Shown: positions 6,172 to 14,453 of the stretch, piece by piece
Position numbering within the stretch: the first letter of the stretch is position 1
Layout: every line of letters starts with the position of its first letter
IMG/VR virus record: IMGVR_UViG_3300035191_000049
From: a virus
DNA: 18,800 nt
Strand: one strand, 5' to 3'
Program-made: the position numbers and the translations under genes
Notes under the pieces: generated by a model
The model's database searches: none
Told to the model about the DNA's origin: nothing
What the model saw: only the letters and a program-made list of their open reading frames with translations

Positions 6172-6681
6172 CTAATCCTCCTGCTCGATCACCTGAGGAG
6201 CAGGAGGAAGAAGAGCCGTCGCGCTGTTGTTCAGGATCTCCGGGAGTCGAGGACCGATGGCCTCGGCGACGGTACGTCCATCGCTACCGACGAGCCATGG
6301 CAGGAAGAGCTGCTCGGGCGTGATGATGCCGTTCTCGATGGCCTCGAAGGCGCCCTTGAGAAAAATGCTCAGCACGCGGTGCTCTCGCCATCCTCGGGAC
6401 GCCTTGAGACGCTTGAACTTGTCCGGGAGCAAGGTCCCGTGCCGCCTGTGCTTGGCCTCCTCCTTGAGCTTTTCGTCATCAGGTAGGGCGACGTTCATGC
6501 GCGCGTGGTAGCTGACACCTTCATGCTGCCAGACGAACTCCAGCATAACCCTGTAGTTCTCGAAATTTTCCGACCACCGAATCCCGGTTACGCCCCACAA
6601 ACGGAGCAGGTCGGTGATTTCCTCCCTGGACTCACCTGGCGGGACTACCGTGTTCTCGGCATACTTCCTCTTCTTGGGCAT
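6172..6681 (-). CDS. hypothetical protein (169 aa), basic N-terminus
   Basis: ORF-track ORF with a GGAG Shine-Dalgarno site 6 nt upstream. It overlaps the 3' end of the radical SAM gene by about 50 nt. Confidence 0.5.
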   Translation of the reverse strand: MPKKRKYAENTVVPPGESREEITDLLRLWGVTGIRWSENFENYRVMLEFVWQHEGVSYHARMNVALPDDEKLKEEAKHRRHGTLLPDKFKRLKASRGWREHRVLSIFLKGAFEAIENGIITPEQLFLPWLVGSDGRTVAEAIGPRLPEILNNSATALLPPAPQVIEQED

Positions 6682-7420
6682 CTTTCTCTCCGATTGCTTT
6701 GAGATGAAGGGGGCTCAGGTTCGAGTTGAGCCCACAACGGTTGCACTTCATGGTTTTGAGATTGCGCTCAATGGTCAGGACGTCATCGTGGACAGTCCCG
6801 ATTGAGTGGCAGGTGTCGGCCTCGCCAGTAACGATGGTGCCGTCGACGTTGACAGCCGGGCTGCAATGTTTCCCCATCTGCTCGATCGCCCTGATGCCAC
6901 CAGCAAGGCCACCAGTGCTCCTCGTCGCGCTTCTCAGATTGAAGCACGTAGGACTGATACGGGTGGGCTTGATACGATTCTCTTTCGTCCTGCGACAGGG
7001 AAAAATAACGCGGAGGTTCGACTCGAAGCTGACTCCAGGGATACGTCGAAACTTTTCCCTGGCGAGGATCTTCGGATAGTAGCGCGGATCGTTCGTCACC
7101 TGGATGGGCAGCTCCAACTCGCGAGCGAGCTTCACTTTCTCCGGATCATCGATCCATGAGCCGTTCGTTGTGATGAGCGTGGCCTGGTGATAGACGTGAA
7201 ACTTGTCGAGTCGCCTCAAATGGCCTGCCATCTCTTCGAGCTTCGGATGCTCGAAGGGCTCTCCTCCGGTGAGTAGAATGACCTTGGCGGCGACACTCTG
7301 AGCAAAATCGACAGCGGCCTTAAACGTCTCCATAGTCATGTGCTCGCCATCTGGACCTGAGGAATCGACCATGCAGTGCTTGCACCCCATGGTGCAGCAA
7401 TTCGTGACACGGATCAGCAT
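6632..7420 (-). CDS. radical SAM enzyme, QueE/NrdG/PflA-like (paralog 1)
   Basis: N-terminal CTMGCKHC (Cx3Cx2C) and LTGGEPFEHP (GGEP SAM-binding motif). C-terminal extra Cys pairs, ending in CNRCGL. A GAGGGGG Shine-Dalgarno site is present. Parallel in sequence to the gene at 10111-10929. Confidence 0.75.
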   Translation of the reverse strand: MLIRVTNCCTMGCKHCMVDSSGPDGEHMTMETFKAAVDFAQSVAAKVILLTGGEPFEHPKLEEMAGHLRRLDKFHVYHQATLITTNGSWIDDPEKVKLARELELPIQVTNDPRYYPKILAREKFRRIPGVSFESNLRVIFPCRRTKENRIKPTRISPTCFNLRSATRSTGGLAGGIRAIEQMGKHCSPAVNVDGTIVTGEADTCHSIGTVHDDVLTIERNLKTMKCNRCGLNSNLSPLHLKAIGEKDAQEEEVCREHGSPAR

Positions 7421-8715
7421 TGCTCGACCCCCTCAGTAGGCTCCTCTTCTTCAGGAGGTAGTAGCGCTTTCCAGCGGTCTTCCTTGAATCGATGATCGGT
7501 GGCGTAAGGGATGTAACGCACCAGGCCTGCATCGATAAGCCTTTGAAGAATGCCGTTCATGTACTTTACGGCCTCGTTGTGATCGTCGGGCAGTGAGCCT
7601 ATCCGGTTGAGGATCGAGTAGATGTCGTAGTCGCGCCACATGCGCTTTCCGCCCAAATCCCTGAGCATGAGGCCGTGCAACTCTTTCATGAGGGGGGTAA
7701 GCGGCTGCTGTTCGAAGGTGGCGTCCCTGTGAATAAAGGTTGGGTACTGACAGTTGTTGATTTCGACGCAGACCGGGCACTCGTCTGCTGCCTCCCGGAT
7801 ATCCTCATCCGTCATCGATATCATCCTGTGACTGTCACGTGCCGCGAACAGGAGCTGGTTGAGCGTCCAGGGAAGGAGCTTTCCTTCTTCGTCTTTGTTC
7901 GTGAGGAGCAGCTCGCCGATCGTCTTGGCGAGAGCCTCCTTTTTGCCTGGCTCCTTCTCCTCGGGACCCCCCACCTCGATGTCCATTTCTTCCAATCCGT
8001 TGTCTGCCACGCAGTAGACGTGGTCAGAGGTGTTTCCGAGACGGCTCTTGACGACTACTTCAACAGACATAAGAGCCTCAAGCTGCTGCTCGACGAGTTC
8101 GATATCGATCTCTGGGTGTACCTCTTTGAGCCCGTGCTCGATCTCCTCCGCGGACCAAACCGCGCTCATGCCGTCCTTCTTGGTCCCTGCCTTGACCATG
8201 AGCTTGACGATGTTGACGGCAATCGGAGGCCACGTAGCCTCCGGAATATTGACGGACAGCTCTGGCTCGTTTTCGCCGTCATTAGACGAGTGGCAGCAAT
8301 TCTCATCCTCACCGATCGCGGCCACATCATTATCCGGCTCGGGCTTCTGTTCAGGTTTCTGGAACGGCCGCATGTGCATGTCGGGCTGCTCGAACTTCTT
8401 GTCTTCGTTAACGATTGCGTCGCGAAGATCGCAGGTCAGGCGAAATGCTTCTTCAGCGACCCATGTCGCCTCCTCCCCCATTTCTTCGTTCTTTGTCATC
8501 TGGACGTTCAGCGACCAGCCCGAGATGAGCTTGGCGACCATCATGAGGATGCGAGAATTCTCTTCGACGCGAGCCACCTCTTTCGCAGCGTTGACGATGT
8601 CCGAGACACTGCCCTCGGTAGAACGAAGATACTTCTTTCGCACCCTTCCAAGCTCCTCAGCGGCCTCCTTCATCTCTGCGATCAAGTTTCTGATTTTGGG
8701 TTCGTCGGACATCAT
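7414..8715 (-). CDS. hypothetical acidic protein (433 aa)
   Basis: ORF-track ORF with balanced composition. The antisense plus-strand ORF 7675..8901 is Leu/Arg-rich and was judged spurious. A GGGGTGA Shine-Dalgarno site is present. Confidence 0.55.
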   Translation of the reverse strand: MMSDEPKIRNLIAEMKEAAEELGRVRKKYLRSTEGSVSDIVNAAKEVARVEENSRILMMVAKLISGWSLNVQMTKNEEMGEEATWVAEEAFRLTCDLRDAIVNEDKKFEQPDMHMRPFQKPEQKPEPDNDVAAIGEDENCCHSSNDGENEPELSVNIPEATWPPIAVNIVKLMVKAGTKKDGMSAVWSAEEIEHGLKEVHPEIDIELVEQQLEALMSVEVVVKSRLGNTSDHVYCVADNGLEEMDIEVGGPEEKEPGKKEALAKTIGELLLTNKDEEGKLLPWTLNQLLFAARDSHRMISMTDEDIREAADECPVCVEINNCQYPTFIHRDATFEQQPLTPLMKELHGLMLRDLGGKRMWRDYDIYSILNRIGSLPDDHNEAVKYMNGILQRLIDAGLVRYIPYATDHRFKEDRWKALLPPEEEEPTEGVEQC

Positions 8716-9137
8716 TCACCCCGCTTGAGAGAAAAACCTTTCAGGACACCCACGTCATCGCCAGCGGCCTCACAGGTGACCTCTGTGACCTGGATCGAGC
8801 CGAGCAGCCATCGTCCTGGCATCCGAATCATGTGCCTCAGCGCGTCCAGCTTCTTGTTGAGAAATTCCTTCAGTGATCCGCCGACATCCTCCTGGGAGTA
8901 GCGAGCCACCTCTTCTTTATCTTGCCACCAGCCGGGGTCAGGCTCGTGGCCAGGGAGCTGCCAAACGTTCTCGTCTGGACGGAAGGCCAGACTGAAGAAA
9001 GCGTCGGGGTACATTTCCAACAGCTTGTGCGTTGGAGGTCCCCACTCTTTGTCGTCCTCAGGATGTTCTTCTTTGTAGACCTCAAGAAGAGGACGAATCT
9101 TTCCGCCTCGCCGAATACGCAAAAAGCCTGGCATCAT
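8712..9137 (-). CDS. hypothetical protein (141 aa)
   Basis: ORF 8712..9266 trimmed to the internal MMPGF start (9137). A GAGGA Shine-Dalgarno site lies 5 nt upstream. This avoids a 94-nt overlap with the upstream gene. Confidence 0.5.
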   Translation of the reverse strand: MMPGFLRIRRGGKIRPLLEVYKEEHPEDDKEWGPPTHKLLEMYPDAFFSLAFRPDENVWQLPGHEPDPGWWQDKEEVARYSQEDVGGSLKEFLNKKLDALRHMIRMPGRWLLGSIQVTEVTCEAAGDDVGVLKGFSLKRGE

Positions 9138-9171
9138 GTATTCCTCGGGAATCACAGCAACGACGAGAGCG

Positions 9172-9717
9172 TCACCCACTTGCGCCTCCCTGTGCCCACC
9201 GTTCGAAGTCGACCTCTCGCATGTGACCGCTCTTCTTAAAGATGGGAAAAAGACCCATGGGTCCATCGGGCGGAAACATCTCGGCGTCCTTGCCCATGAC
9301 GGGCTCGAAGTTGCAGCCCTGAAGGATCAGGGCCACAAACTCAGAACAGGAGACCTTGTTGTGATTGATGATGGGGTTGAACCACTCGACTCCCGTCACC
9401 TTGTAGAGCGCAAGGAGGATGCCGTTCAGGATGACGGCCTTGAAATCGTATTTCTTGTTAACGTAGTTACGCGCCTTTCGCATCCCCTCCTCGATATCCA
9501 GTCCGACGACCTCGAAGCACATCCAGTCGTCGTAGTTTTTTTTGAGAAGCTCGACTCGCTGGGGAATGACGCCGTCGGAAATAGCATGGGTGACCCACTG
9601 GCCTCCCCACACCGGATCCGTGTAACCCACCCAGGCGTGGTTCCAGTTACCTCCCGTCGCCTTGCGAATGAGCCAACCGAGAAAGTTGTTCGACCTGCTG
9701 AATCCAACGACAATCAT
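9172..9717 (-). CDS. permuted papain-fold enzyme (LRAT-like / NlpC-P60 superfamily), thiol hydrolase or acyltransferase
   Basis: A His-containing segment (NWNHAWVGY) lies N-terminal to a Cys box (SCSEFV, compare LRAT NCEHF). That is the permuted order. The start at 9717 forms an ATGA overlap with the SLOG gene's stop. Confidence 0.5.
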   Translation of the reverse strand: MIVVGFSRSNNFLGWLIRKATGGNWNHAWVGYTDPVWGGQWVTHAISDGVIPQRVELLKKNYDDWMCFEVVGLDIEEGMRKARNYVNKKYDFKAVILNGILLALYKVTGVEWFNPIINHNKVSCSEFVALILQGCNFEPVMGKDAEMFPPDGPMGLFPIFKKSGHMREVDFERWAQGGASG

Positions 9718-10190
9718 CTCAGCCTCTTGAAGATTTCCATGCACCGGAACTTTGCTGTCTCCTGAGCACCTGGAAATCCACTCTCACGGGGGCCGGCGAC
9801 GTTGATGACCTCAAAGTTGGTTAGCAGCGAGGCAAGGTGGTCGTAGCCATCGCTCTCGTTGGGAAACATGTGCAGCTCGTTGATGATGTCGAACCAGGGC
9901 TTTTCCAGTTTGCGGCACAAGCGCACCGTGAGAGCTGTTCCCGTCGAATCAGGGATGCTGGGACAGAGGATGAGAGTCGCGTCCGAGTCCCGGACGTTCC
10001 ACTCCGTGCGCTGAGGATAGTTCGACGTCGGCGCCTCCTGGAGCCTGCGGTATTTCTGGGGGATCTTGCCGTCCTCAGCTCGACGTCCCAGGGGACACCA
10101 GCCCCCTATCTCAATGCCCAGCTTCAGCGCCGCATCGAGACCACCTCGATCGACCCCTGTCTGACCGCCTGATATGACTTTTTTCAACAT
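9714..10190 (-). CDS. SLOG-superfamily protein ('putative molybdenum-carrier'/YpsA-like)
   Basis: The N-terminus ISGGQTGVDRGGLDAALKLGIEIGGWCPLGRRAEDG matches the signature start of the MoCo-carrier-like SLOG family. Downstream TEWNVRDSDATLIL follows. Confidence 0.6.
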   Translation of the reverse strand: MLKKVISGGQTGVDRGGLDAALKLGIEIGGWCPLGRRAEDGKIPQKYRRLQEAPTSNYPQRTEWNVRDSDATLILCPSIPDSTGTALTVRLCRKLEKPWFDIINELHMFPNESDGYDHLASLLTNFEVINVAGPRESGFPGAQETAKFRCMEIFKRLR

Positions 10191-10929
10191 CCTTCAACCC
10201 GCACTTTCCGCAGGGGAGTATTGTTCGTATTCTCTCCATCGCCGCCCTTGACGCCGATTTCCAGTCGGCGCGCAGCTCATCGATCGTCGTCACCTTCATG
10301 CAGCAATCAAGCGGCCCCATTCGGACCTCTCCCCCGGGATGCACGTGAATGCTGCACGTTCCGTCCAACGCTTCCCACATGCGAACGAACGACCGGAAGT
10401 TTGCATCGCCTGCTCCGCGCTTCAATAGTCTGTTCGCGTGCACGCAGTAGCGATTCTTTTCTCTGATTTTCGTTCCAGGAGGAGGTTTCCAGCCGCGCCT
10501 TTTCGCCTTCTCTCCGACGTATATTGAACTTAGATAGCTGATAACCTTCACGTTCTTCAACGCTCGCAGCTCATCAACGAAGTCGAGCTGCGGATAGAAC
10601 CGAAAGTCAGCGGTCACCTGGAATGCGACAGGCGCCAAGGACTTGATCTCTGCGAGGCGCCCTCTGAGCAGGGCGCCACTCGTCCCGACCCTCACGATAA
10701 AACCATGCTCCAGCGCAGCGTCACGAAGGGTCTTCACGACTTCCCAAAAAAGCGGATGTTCGAGCGGCTCGCCACCAGCTATGCCCAGGTCGTTCGAGCC
10801 GATCTTTTTGAAGACGCGAAGCGTTTCTTCGAGCGTCTCCTTGCTCATGTGCTCGGCACCGGGACCGGTCTTCGACACCAGGCAGTGATCACAATCGAGG
10901 GAGCACCGATATGTGAGCATGATGACCAT
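10111..10929 (-). CDS. radical SAM enzyme, QueE/NrdG/PflA-like (paralog 2)
   Basis: CSLDCDHC (Cx3Cx2C) and IAGGEPLEHP. C-terminal Cys pairs, ending in CGKCGL. Same architecture as the gene at 6632-7420. Confidence 0.75.
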   Translation of the reverse strand: MVIMLTYRCSLDCDHCLVSKTGPGAEHMSKETLEETLRVFKKIGSNDLGIAGGEPLEHPLFWEVVKTLRDAALEHGFIVRVGTSGALLRGRLAEIKSLAPVAFQVTADFRFYPQLDFVDELRALKNVKVISYLSSIYVGEKAKRRGWKPPPGTKIREKNRYCVHANRLLKRGAGDANFRSFVRMWEALDGTCSIHVHPGGEVRMGPLDCCMKVTTIDELRADWKSASRAAMERIRTILPCGKCGLKDVEKSHIRRSDRGRSRWSRCGAEAGH

Positions 10930-10935
10930 AAGCCA

Positions 10936-11268
10936 TCAACGACCCTTCTTAGTCTTTGTATTCGACTTGCCACCAGGCCATCGGTCGGCCTTCCCTCGTC
11001 CGACGTGAAAGCTCTCGCCATCCTTCGCGGCGTGCTTCACAAACTGAGCGAGTTCTGGGTCTTTTTCGAGTAACCTCATGTACTGACGCGCCGCTTCATC
11101 AATAGCCGCGTCAGCGCCATTCAATCCCGTGTAGCCATTCTGTAATGCGGCCACCCCTTCATGCGGCGAGCACCCCGGTGCTTTAATCCGGACATCGTAC
11201 TCGTCGACCAATCCCGCGTGCCCCCCCGTCACCGTCAGACGAACCTCCCCACTGAACCTCTTCGGCAT
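10936..11268 (-). CDS. hypothetical protein (110 aa)
   Basis: ORF-track ORF. No family recognised. The GLVDEYD segment is only vaguely dUTPase-like. Confidence 0.45.
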   Translation of the reverse strand: MPKRFSGEVRLTVTGGHAGLVDEYDVRIKAPGCSPHEGVAALQNGYTGLNGADAAIDEAARQYMRLLEKDPELAQFVKHAAKDGESFHVGRGKADRWPGGKSNTKTKKGR

Positions 11269-11681
11269 TACTTTTCCCTCCGAACCCTTCCTTGCTTGAT
11301 CGCTGACCGAAAAAGCCCTTCTACATGCTTTCCCAGATCGATCTGGCTCACCCCCAGCACAGTGTTTGTCATGGCCGCGGTGGTTATCTCATCGATGAAT
11401 TCAGGGTCGATGTCCCAGCCCTCATCGTTGACGCACAGCTCGTCCCCCTCGAAGTAGAACTCCGGGATGTCATCGGCAGTGTGGTCAAATTGAAGTTCAA
11501 GGCCGCTGTCGGGACCGGTCCCGTTTGCGTTGACCACCAAGGGGTCAATCGCTTGCGGCATGTGCTTCTGGATCTCTTCCATCTGCTCGATTATTTCCAA
11601 AGCGCGCCCGACAGCCCCCTGTCGTAGCGACGCCTTCACCTTCTCCAGCTCTGCCCAGAAATCGACGTCTTCCTGTTTCAT
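11268..11681 (-). CDS. hypothetical acidic protein
   Basis: ORF 11268..11705 trimmed to the Met at 11681, which overlaps the upstream stop by 1 nt. Confidence 0.45.
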   Translation of the reverse strand: MKQEDVDFWAELEKVKASLRQGAVGRALEIIEQMEEIQKHMPQAIDPLVVNANGTGPDSGLELQFDHTADDIPEFYFEGDELCVNDEGWDIDPEFIDEITTAAMTNTVLGVSQIDLGKHVEGLFRSAIKQGRVRREK

Positions 11682-12100
11682 CAATCCAACCCTGCCACCT
11701 GACACGACAGCTCGTCGAGCTGCTTCTGCATGTCATCGACGCGATCCTCCAGCTCCGTCACCCTCGCCGCCAAGCTTTTGGCGAAGCGCTCGGTGTGCTT
11801 CACGCAGAGAGCGGTAAACTTCCCGCCGTCAACGATTATGCTGTTCTCATCGACGAATCCTGGCTGCACCCCCTCGACTTCCTGATTGAACACAGACGTC
11901 GCGAAGTTCCAGCAGCCGTCGACATCGCAGGTACACGGGATTGCCTCTACGCCGCGCATGTTCTTGAGCTTGTGACGATCGCGATACTGCTTGCGCGCCT
12001 CAGCTTTCTCGTAACGTCCGGCTGGGAAAAATAGATTGGACATCCCCTTCTTCCACACTCGCCAGTAGATGTGCGGCTGTCCGTTTTTATCAACACCCAT
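11681..12100 (-). CDS. hypothetical protein with C-terminal coiled-coil
   Basis: ORF 11681..12256 trimmed to the internal Met (MGVDKNGQPHIYW...). The N-terminal extension is Ser/Thr-rich, low-complexity, and overlaps the upstream gene. Confidence 0.45.
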   Translation of the reverse strand: MGVDKNGQPHIYWRVWKKGMSNLFFPAGRYEKAEARKQYRDRHKLKNMRGVEAIPCTCDVDGCWNFATSVFNQEVEGVQPGFVDENSIIVDGGKFTALCVKHTERFAKSLAARVTELEDRVDDMQKQLDELSCQVAGLD

Positions 12101-12488
12101 TTCTCTTCTCCCGGTCCAGGTAGTAACCCATGGGGTGACCATGAACCTCCTTAAAACGCTCTTTCGAGATTTCGTGACGCCGCATGAGGCACTCGTCGCA
12201 GATGGGCTCGTACTTGTAGAGCATGTCCCCGTCGTCAGCCCAGTCGATGTAACCATGCCACAGCACCCACGAGCGCTCTGCGGCCGTCGCGCGACAGAGG
12301 GCGCACTGCATACCGACCATACCCTTCAGGCCATGTAGCTTTCTGACGTCGCCACAGCCCCTACAGGTCATGAGTCTGGGGTTGACCCACTTCTTCTCGT
12401 GAATGCACTTCTCGCAGCCCTCGACCATGCACTCGAAGCAACCCCCGACCTCGACGTTCTCAGCGCCACATGCTCTACACTTCGGCAT
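12090..12488 (-). CDS. Cys-rich Zn-finger protein (132 aa)
   Basis: Five CxxC pairs (CRACG, CFEC, CEKC, CRGCG, CDEC). Confidence 0.5.
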   Translation of the reverse strand: MPKCRACGAENVEVGGCFECMVEGCEKCIHEKKWVNPRLMTCRGCGDVRKLHGLKGMVGMQCALCRATAAERSWVLWHGYIDWADDGDMLYKYEPICDECLMRRHEISKERFKEVHGHPMGYYLDREKRNGC

Positions 12489-13532
12489 CTATAGACGCCT
12501 CATCTCGAACTGGAGCGAACGGATCTTTTGGAGCAGCCCATCAACGCCCTGGAATATTTTCCTAACGCGATCCCTTGTCGTCTTTGGCCAGTTGTCCTTG
12601 TCATCGATACTGCCGAGCACTTTATTGGCCTCAAATTCCAGCTCGTCAACGGCTTGGACGGCATCAAACACATCGAACATTTTTTTCTTCTCGGGCACGA
12701 CGGACATGACGACCACATCTTTGGGAATGCTGTAGATCGGGCCACGAAGGATGTAGGCAACCTTCATCCTCAGGACGTTCCCAGTGTATCCCTGGTCAGG
12801 AGGACCAAAGTAGGTCTCGTCAGCCGTTACACCGGCACCTGTCGTCCCTGGGTTCCACTCCTTCAGAACGAGAATGTCGCCCTTCTCGAAGTCACGATCG
12901 TTCTTGCGAACGTCGAAGGTCTTCTCACCCGACTTCATTGCGCGGAATTCGGCTGGCCACGTCTTCAACTCGTGCTCGACGGGCTCACGCTTTTCATGTC
13001 GGCGCCTGAACATCTCCAGCGTCTTGTCAGGAGCACCTACTAAAACATTTCGATCGCCCACTGGATAGACACGTTCTGGATCCGCGCCCATCAGCTCCAC
13101 CGTCTCCTCGACGGAGATTGAGTCGGGCACTGGATCGCTAAACGGAGGCGACGCAGGATAGTCACCGCCGAGCCGCTCCATGAAGCCTACATCCAGCGGG
13201 GCGTCATCACCTTCTTCTTCATGCTTCAAGAGAGCGTCGATCTCTTCCTTCTGTCGCTGCTTCTCGGCCTCGTAGTCGCGGTCCCACTGGGCCAGTTGCT
13301 CTTTCGTGGCAGGCATGTGCTCGCCAGGCTTTCGACAAGCCTCTGGGTCATCGACAAGATGCGGCTCTTGACACCAACCGGAATTCTTTTCTCGCTCGAC
13401 TAGCCCCTTAAAAACAGGGCATTCAGACGTTTCCTTGGTCACTTCTATCGATTCATATTTGCAGCCGTGGACGGGGCAGCAGTGTGTAATGTGGACCCCC
13501 CAGCCCTCCGGTAGTTCTTCTTCGGACATCAT
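12489..13532 (-). CDS. ASCH/DUF3850 (PUA-like) domain protein with Cys/His-rich N-terminus
   Basis: The C-terminal KTWPAEFRAMKSGEKTFDVRKNDRDFEKGDILVLKEW...GYTGNVLRMKVAYI matches the DUF3850/ASCH signature. The N-terminus HCCPVHGC...ECPVFKG is a metal-binding cluster. Confidence 0.6.
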   Translation of the reverse strand: MMSEEELPEGWGVHITHCCPVHGCKYESIEVTKETSECPVFKGLVEREKNSGWCQEPHLVDDPEACRKPGEHMPATKEQLAQWDRDYEAEKQRQKEEIDALLKHEEEGDDAPLDVGFMERLGGDYPASPPFSDPVPDSISVEETVELMGADPERVYPVGDRNVLVGAPDKTLEMFRRRHEKREPVEHELKTWPAEFRAMKSGEKTFDVRKNDRDFEKGDILVLKEWNPGTTGAGVTADETYFGPPDQGYTGNVLRMKVAYILRGPIYSIPKDVVVMSVVPEKKKMFDVFDAVQAVDELEFEANKVLGSIDDKDNWPKTTRDRVRKIFQGVDGLLQKIRSLQFEMRRL

Positions 13533-14137
13533 TCTTCTCCGGGTAAAAAATCCTCTTTTCTGAAGATGGACCAGAGCTGCAGCCCGTTCTCACGGAGCAG
13601 CTCCTCTCCGCCTTCCTGACGGTCGACGACGGCGAGGACGCCCACGACGTTGAGATTCTCCTCGCGAAGCGTCTCGACCGCCTTGAGCGACGAGCCACCG
13701 GACGTGACGACGTCCTCGATGGCAAGGACGCGGCAATCGTTCGAGACCATCCGCTCTCCGTCGAGATCGTAGAGACCCTCGACAGACTGCTTGCGCCCGT
13801 GGCCCTTCTTGTCCAGACGAGGTATGAGCCATGGGATCTTCTTCGCGAAGGGTCCGCCGACGCCCATCAGTCGCGCAACGAGCAGGAGACCTCCCAGCGG
13901 CACAGGAGCGAGCGCCCAGTTCACCCCCGACGGTGTGACGCAGTCCAGGCCGAAGTGGAGAGCGCCCCCGAGGTGCTCACCCACCGAGGGGTGGCAGGCA
14001 GCCAGACGGCAGTCGACGTAGAACTTACTTTTTCGCCCCGAGGCGAGCGTCAGCTCCCTCTCCGTCGAGACCGCGTTGTTCAGCATCGCGTCCTTCAGAC
14101 GCCTCCAAACACGGATCTTCATGATCTCTTCGCGCAT
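13529..14137 (-). CDS. type I phosphoribosyltransferase, orotate-PRTase (PyrE) family
   Basis: LASGRKSKFYVDCR (compare PyrE LKSGRKSPYFF). The PRPP motif VLAIEDVVTSGGS. VVDRQEGG (compare PyrE LDRQERG). The start is ambiguous between 14086, 14137 and 14164. Confidence 0.7.
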   Translation of the reverse strand: MREEIMKIRVWRRLKDAMLNNAVSTERELTLASGRKSKFYVDCRLAACHPSVGEHLGGALHFGLDCVTPSGVNWALAPVPLGGLLLVARLMGVGGPFAKKIPWLIPRLDKKGHGRKQSVEGLYDLDGERMVSNDCRVLAIEDVVTSGGSSLKAVETLREENLNVVGVLAVVDRQEGGEELLRENGLQLWSIFRKEDFLPGEE

Positions 14138-14453
14138 CGACTCCGGGGTCTCCATCGTGCTCATATCTCTCCTCGTCTAGCATCGCGTCGAGCATCTCGG
14201 CCTCGGCGTCCACCGCCTTGCGAGAGCTGCTGTCCGCGAGCTTCTTCCTGATCCCCCTGGCAATCGTCGCCGGGTTGCCGCCCATGTTGAAATGAAACCC
14301 ACTCGCACCCCATGAGACGTAAAGGCGCAGGCCGGGGATGAGACGGATCGAGGTCCCGATCCGTGGGTTCAGCATTCTTGCTGCCGCCTTGGTCGTCTTG
14401 GAGACAATTTTTTTATTGAGTGGCTTACTAGCTAGGGACTTCTGGGATGGCAT
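14025..14453 (-). CDS. possible hypothetical protein overlapping the PRTase 5' end
   Basis: The N-terminal 80 aa have a protein-like frame. The C-terminus is charged and low-complexity. It overlaps the PRTase start by at least 60 nt. The call is uncertain. Confidence 0.2.
   Translation of the reverse strand: MPSQKSLASKPLNKKIVSKTTKAAARMLNPRIGTSIRLIPGLRLYVSWGASGFHFNMGGNPATIARGIRKKLADSSSRKAVDAEAEMLDAMLDEERYEHDGDPGVDARRDHEDPCLEASEGRDAEQRGLDGEGADARLGAKK

Noticed and set aside
7675-8901. 408-aa plus-strand ORF, along with ORF 8030..8728 (+) and other long plus-strand ORFs at 9136..9765, 12528..13043, 14965..15471 and 16503..17123
   Set aside because: All lie antisense to better-supported minus-strand genes. 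They are Leu/Arg/Ser-rich in a way typical of antisense frames in GC-rich DNA, lack Shine-Dalgarno sites, and break the uniform minus-strand operon architecture.
10936-11268. dUTPase or dCTP-deaminase assignment for the 110-aa protein, based on the GLVDEYD segment
   Set aside because: The diagnostic RG(E) of dUTPase motif III and the other motifs are absent, and the length is too short. Left as hypothetical.
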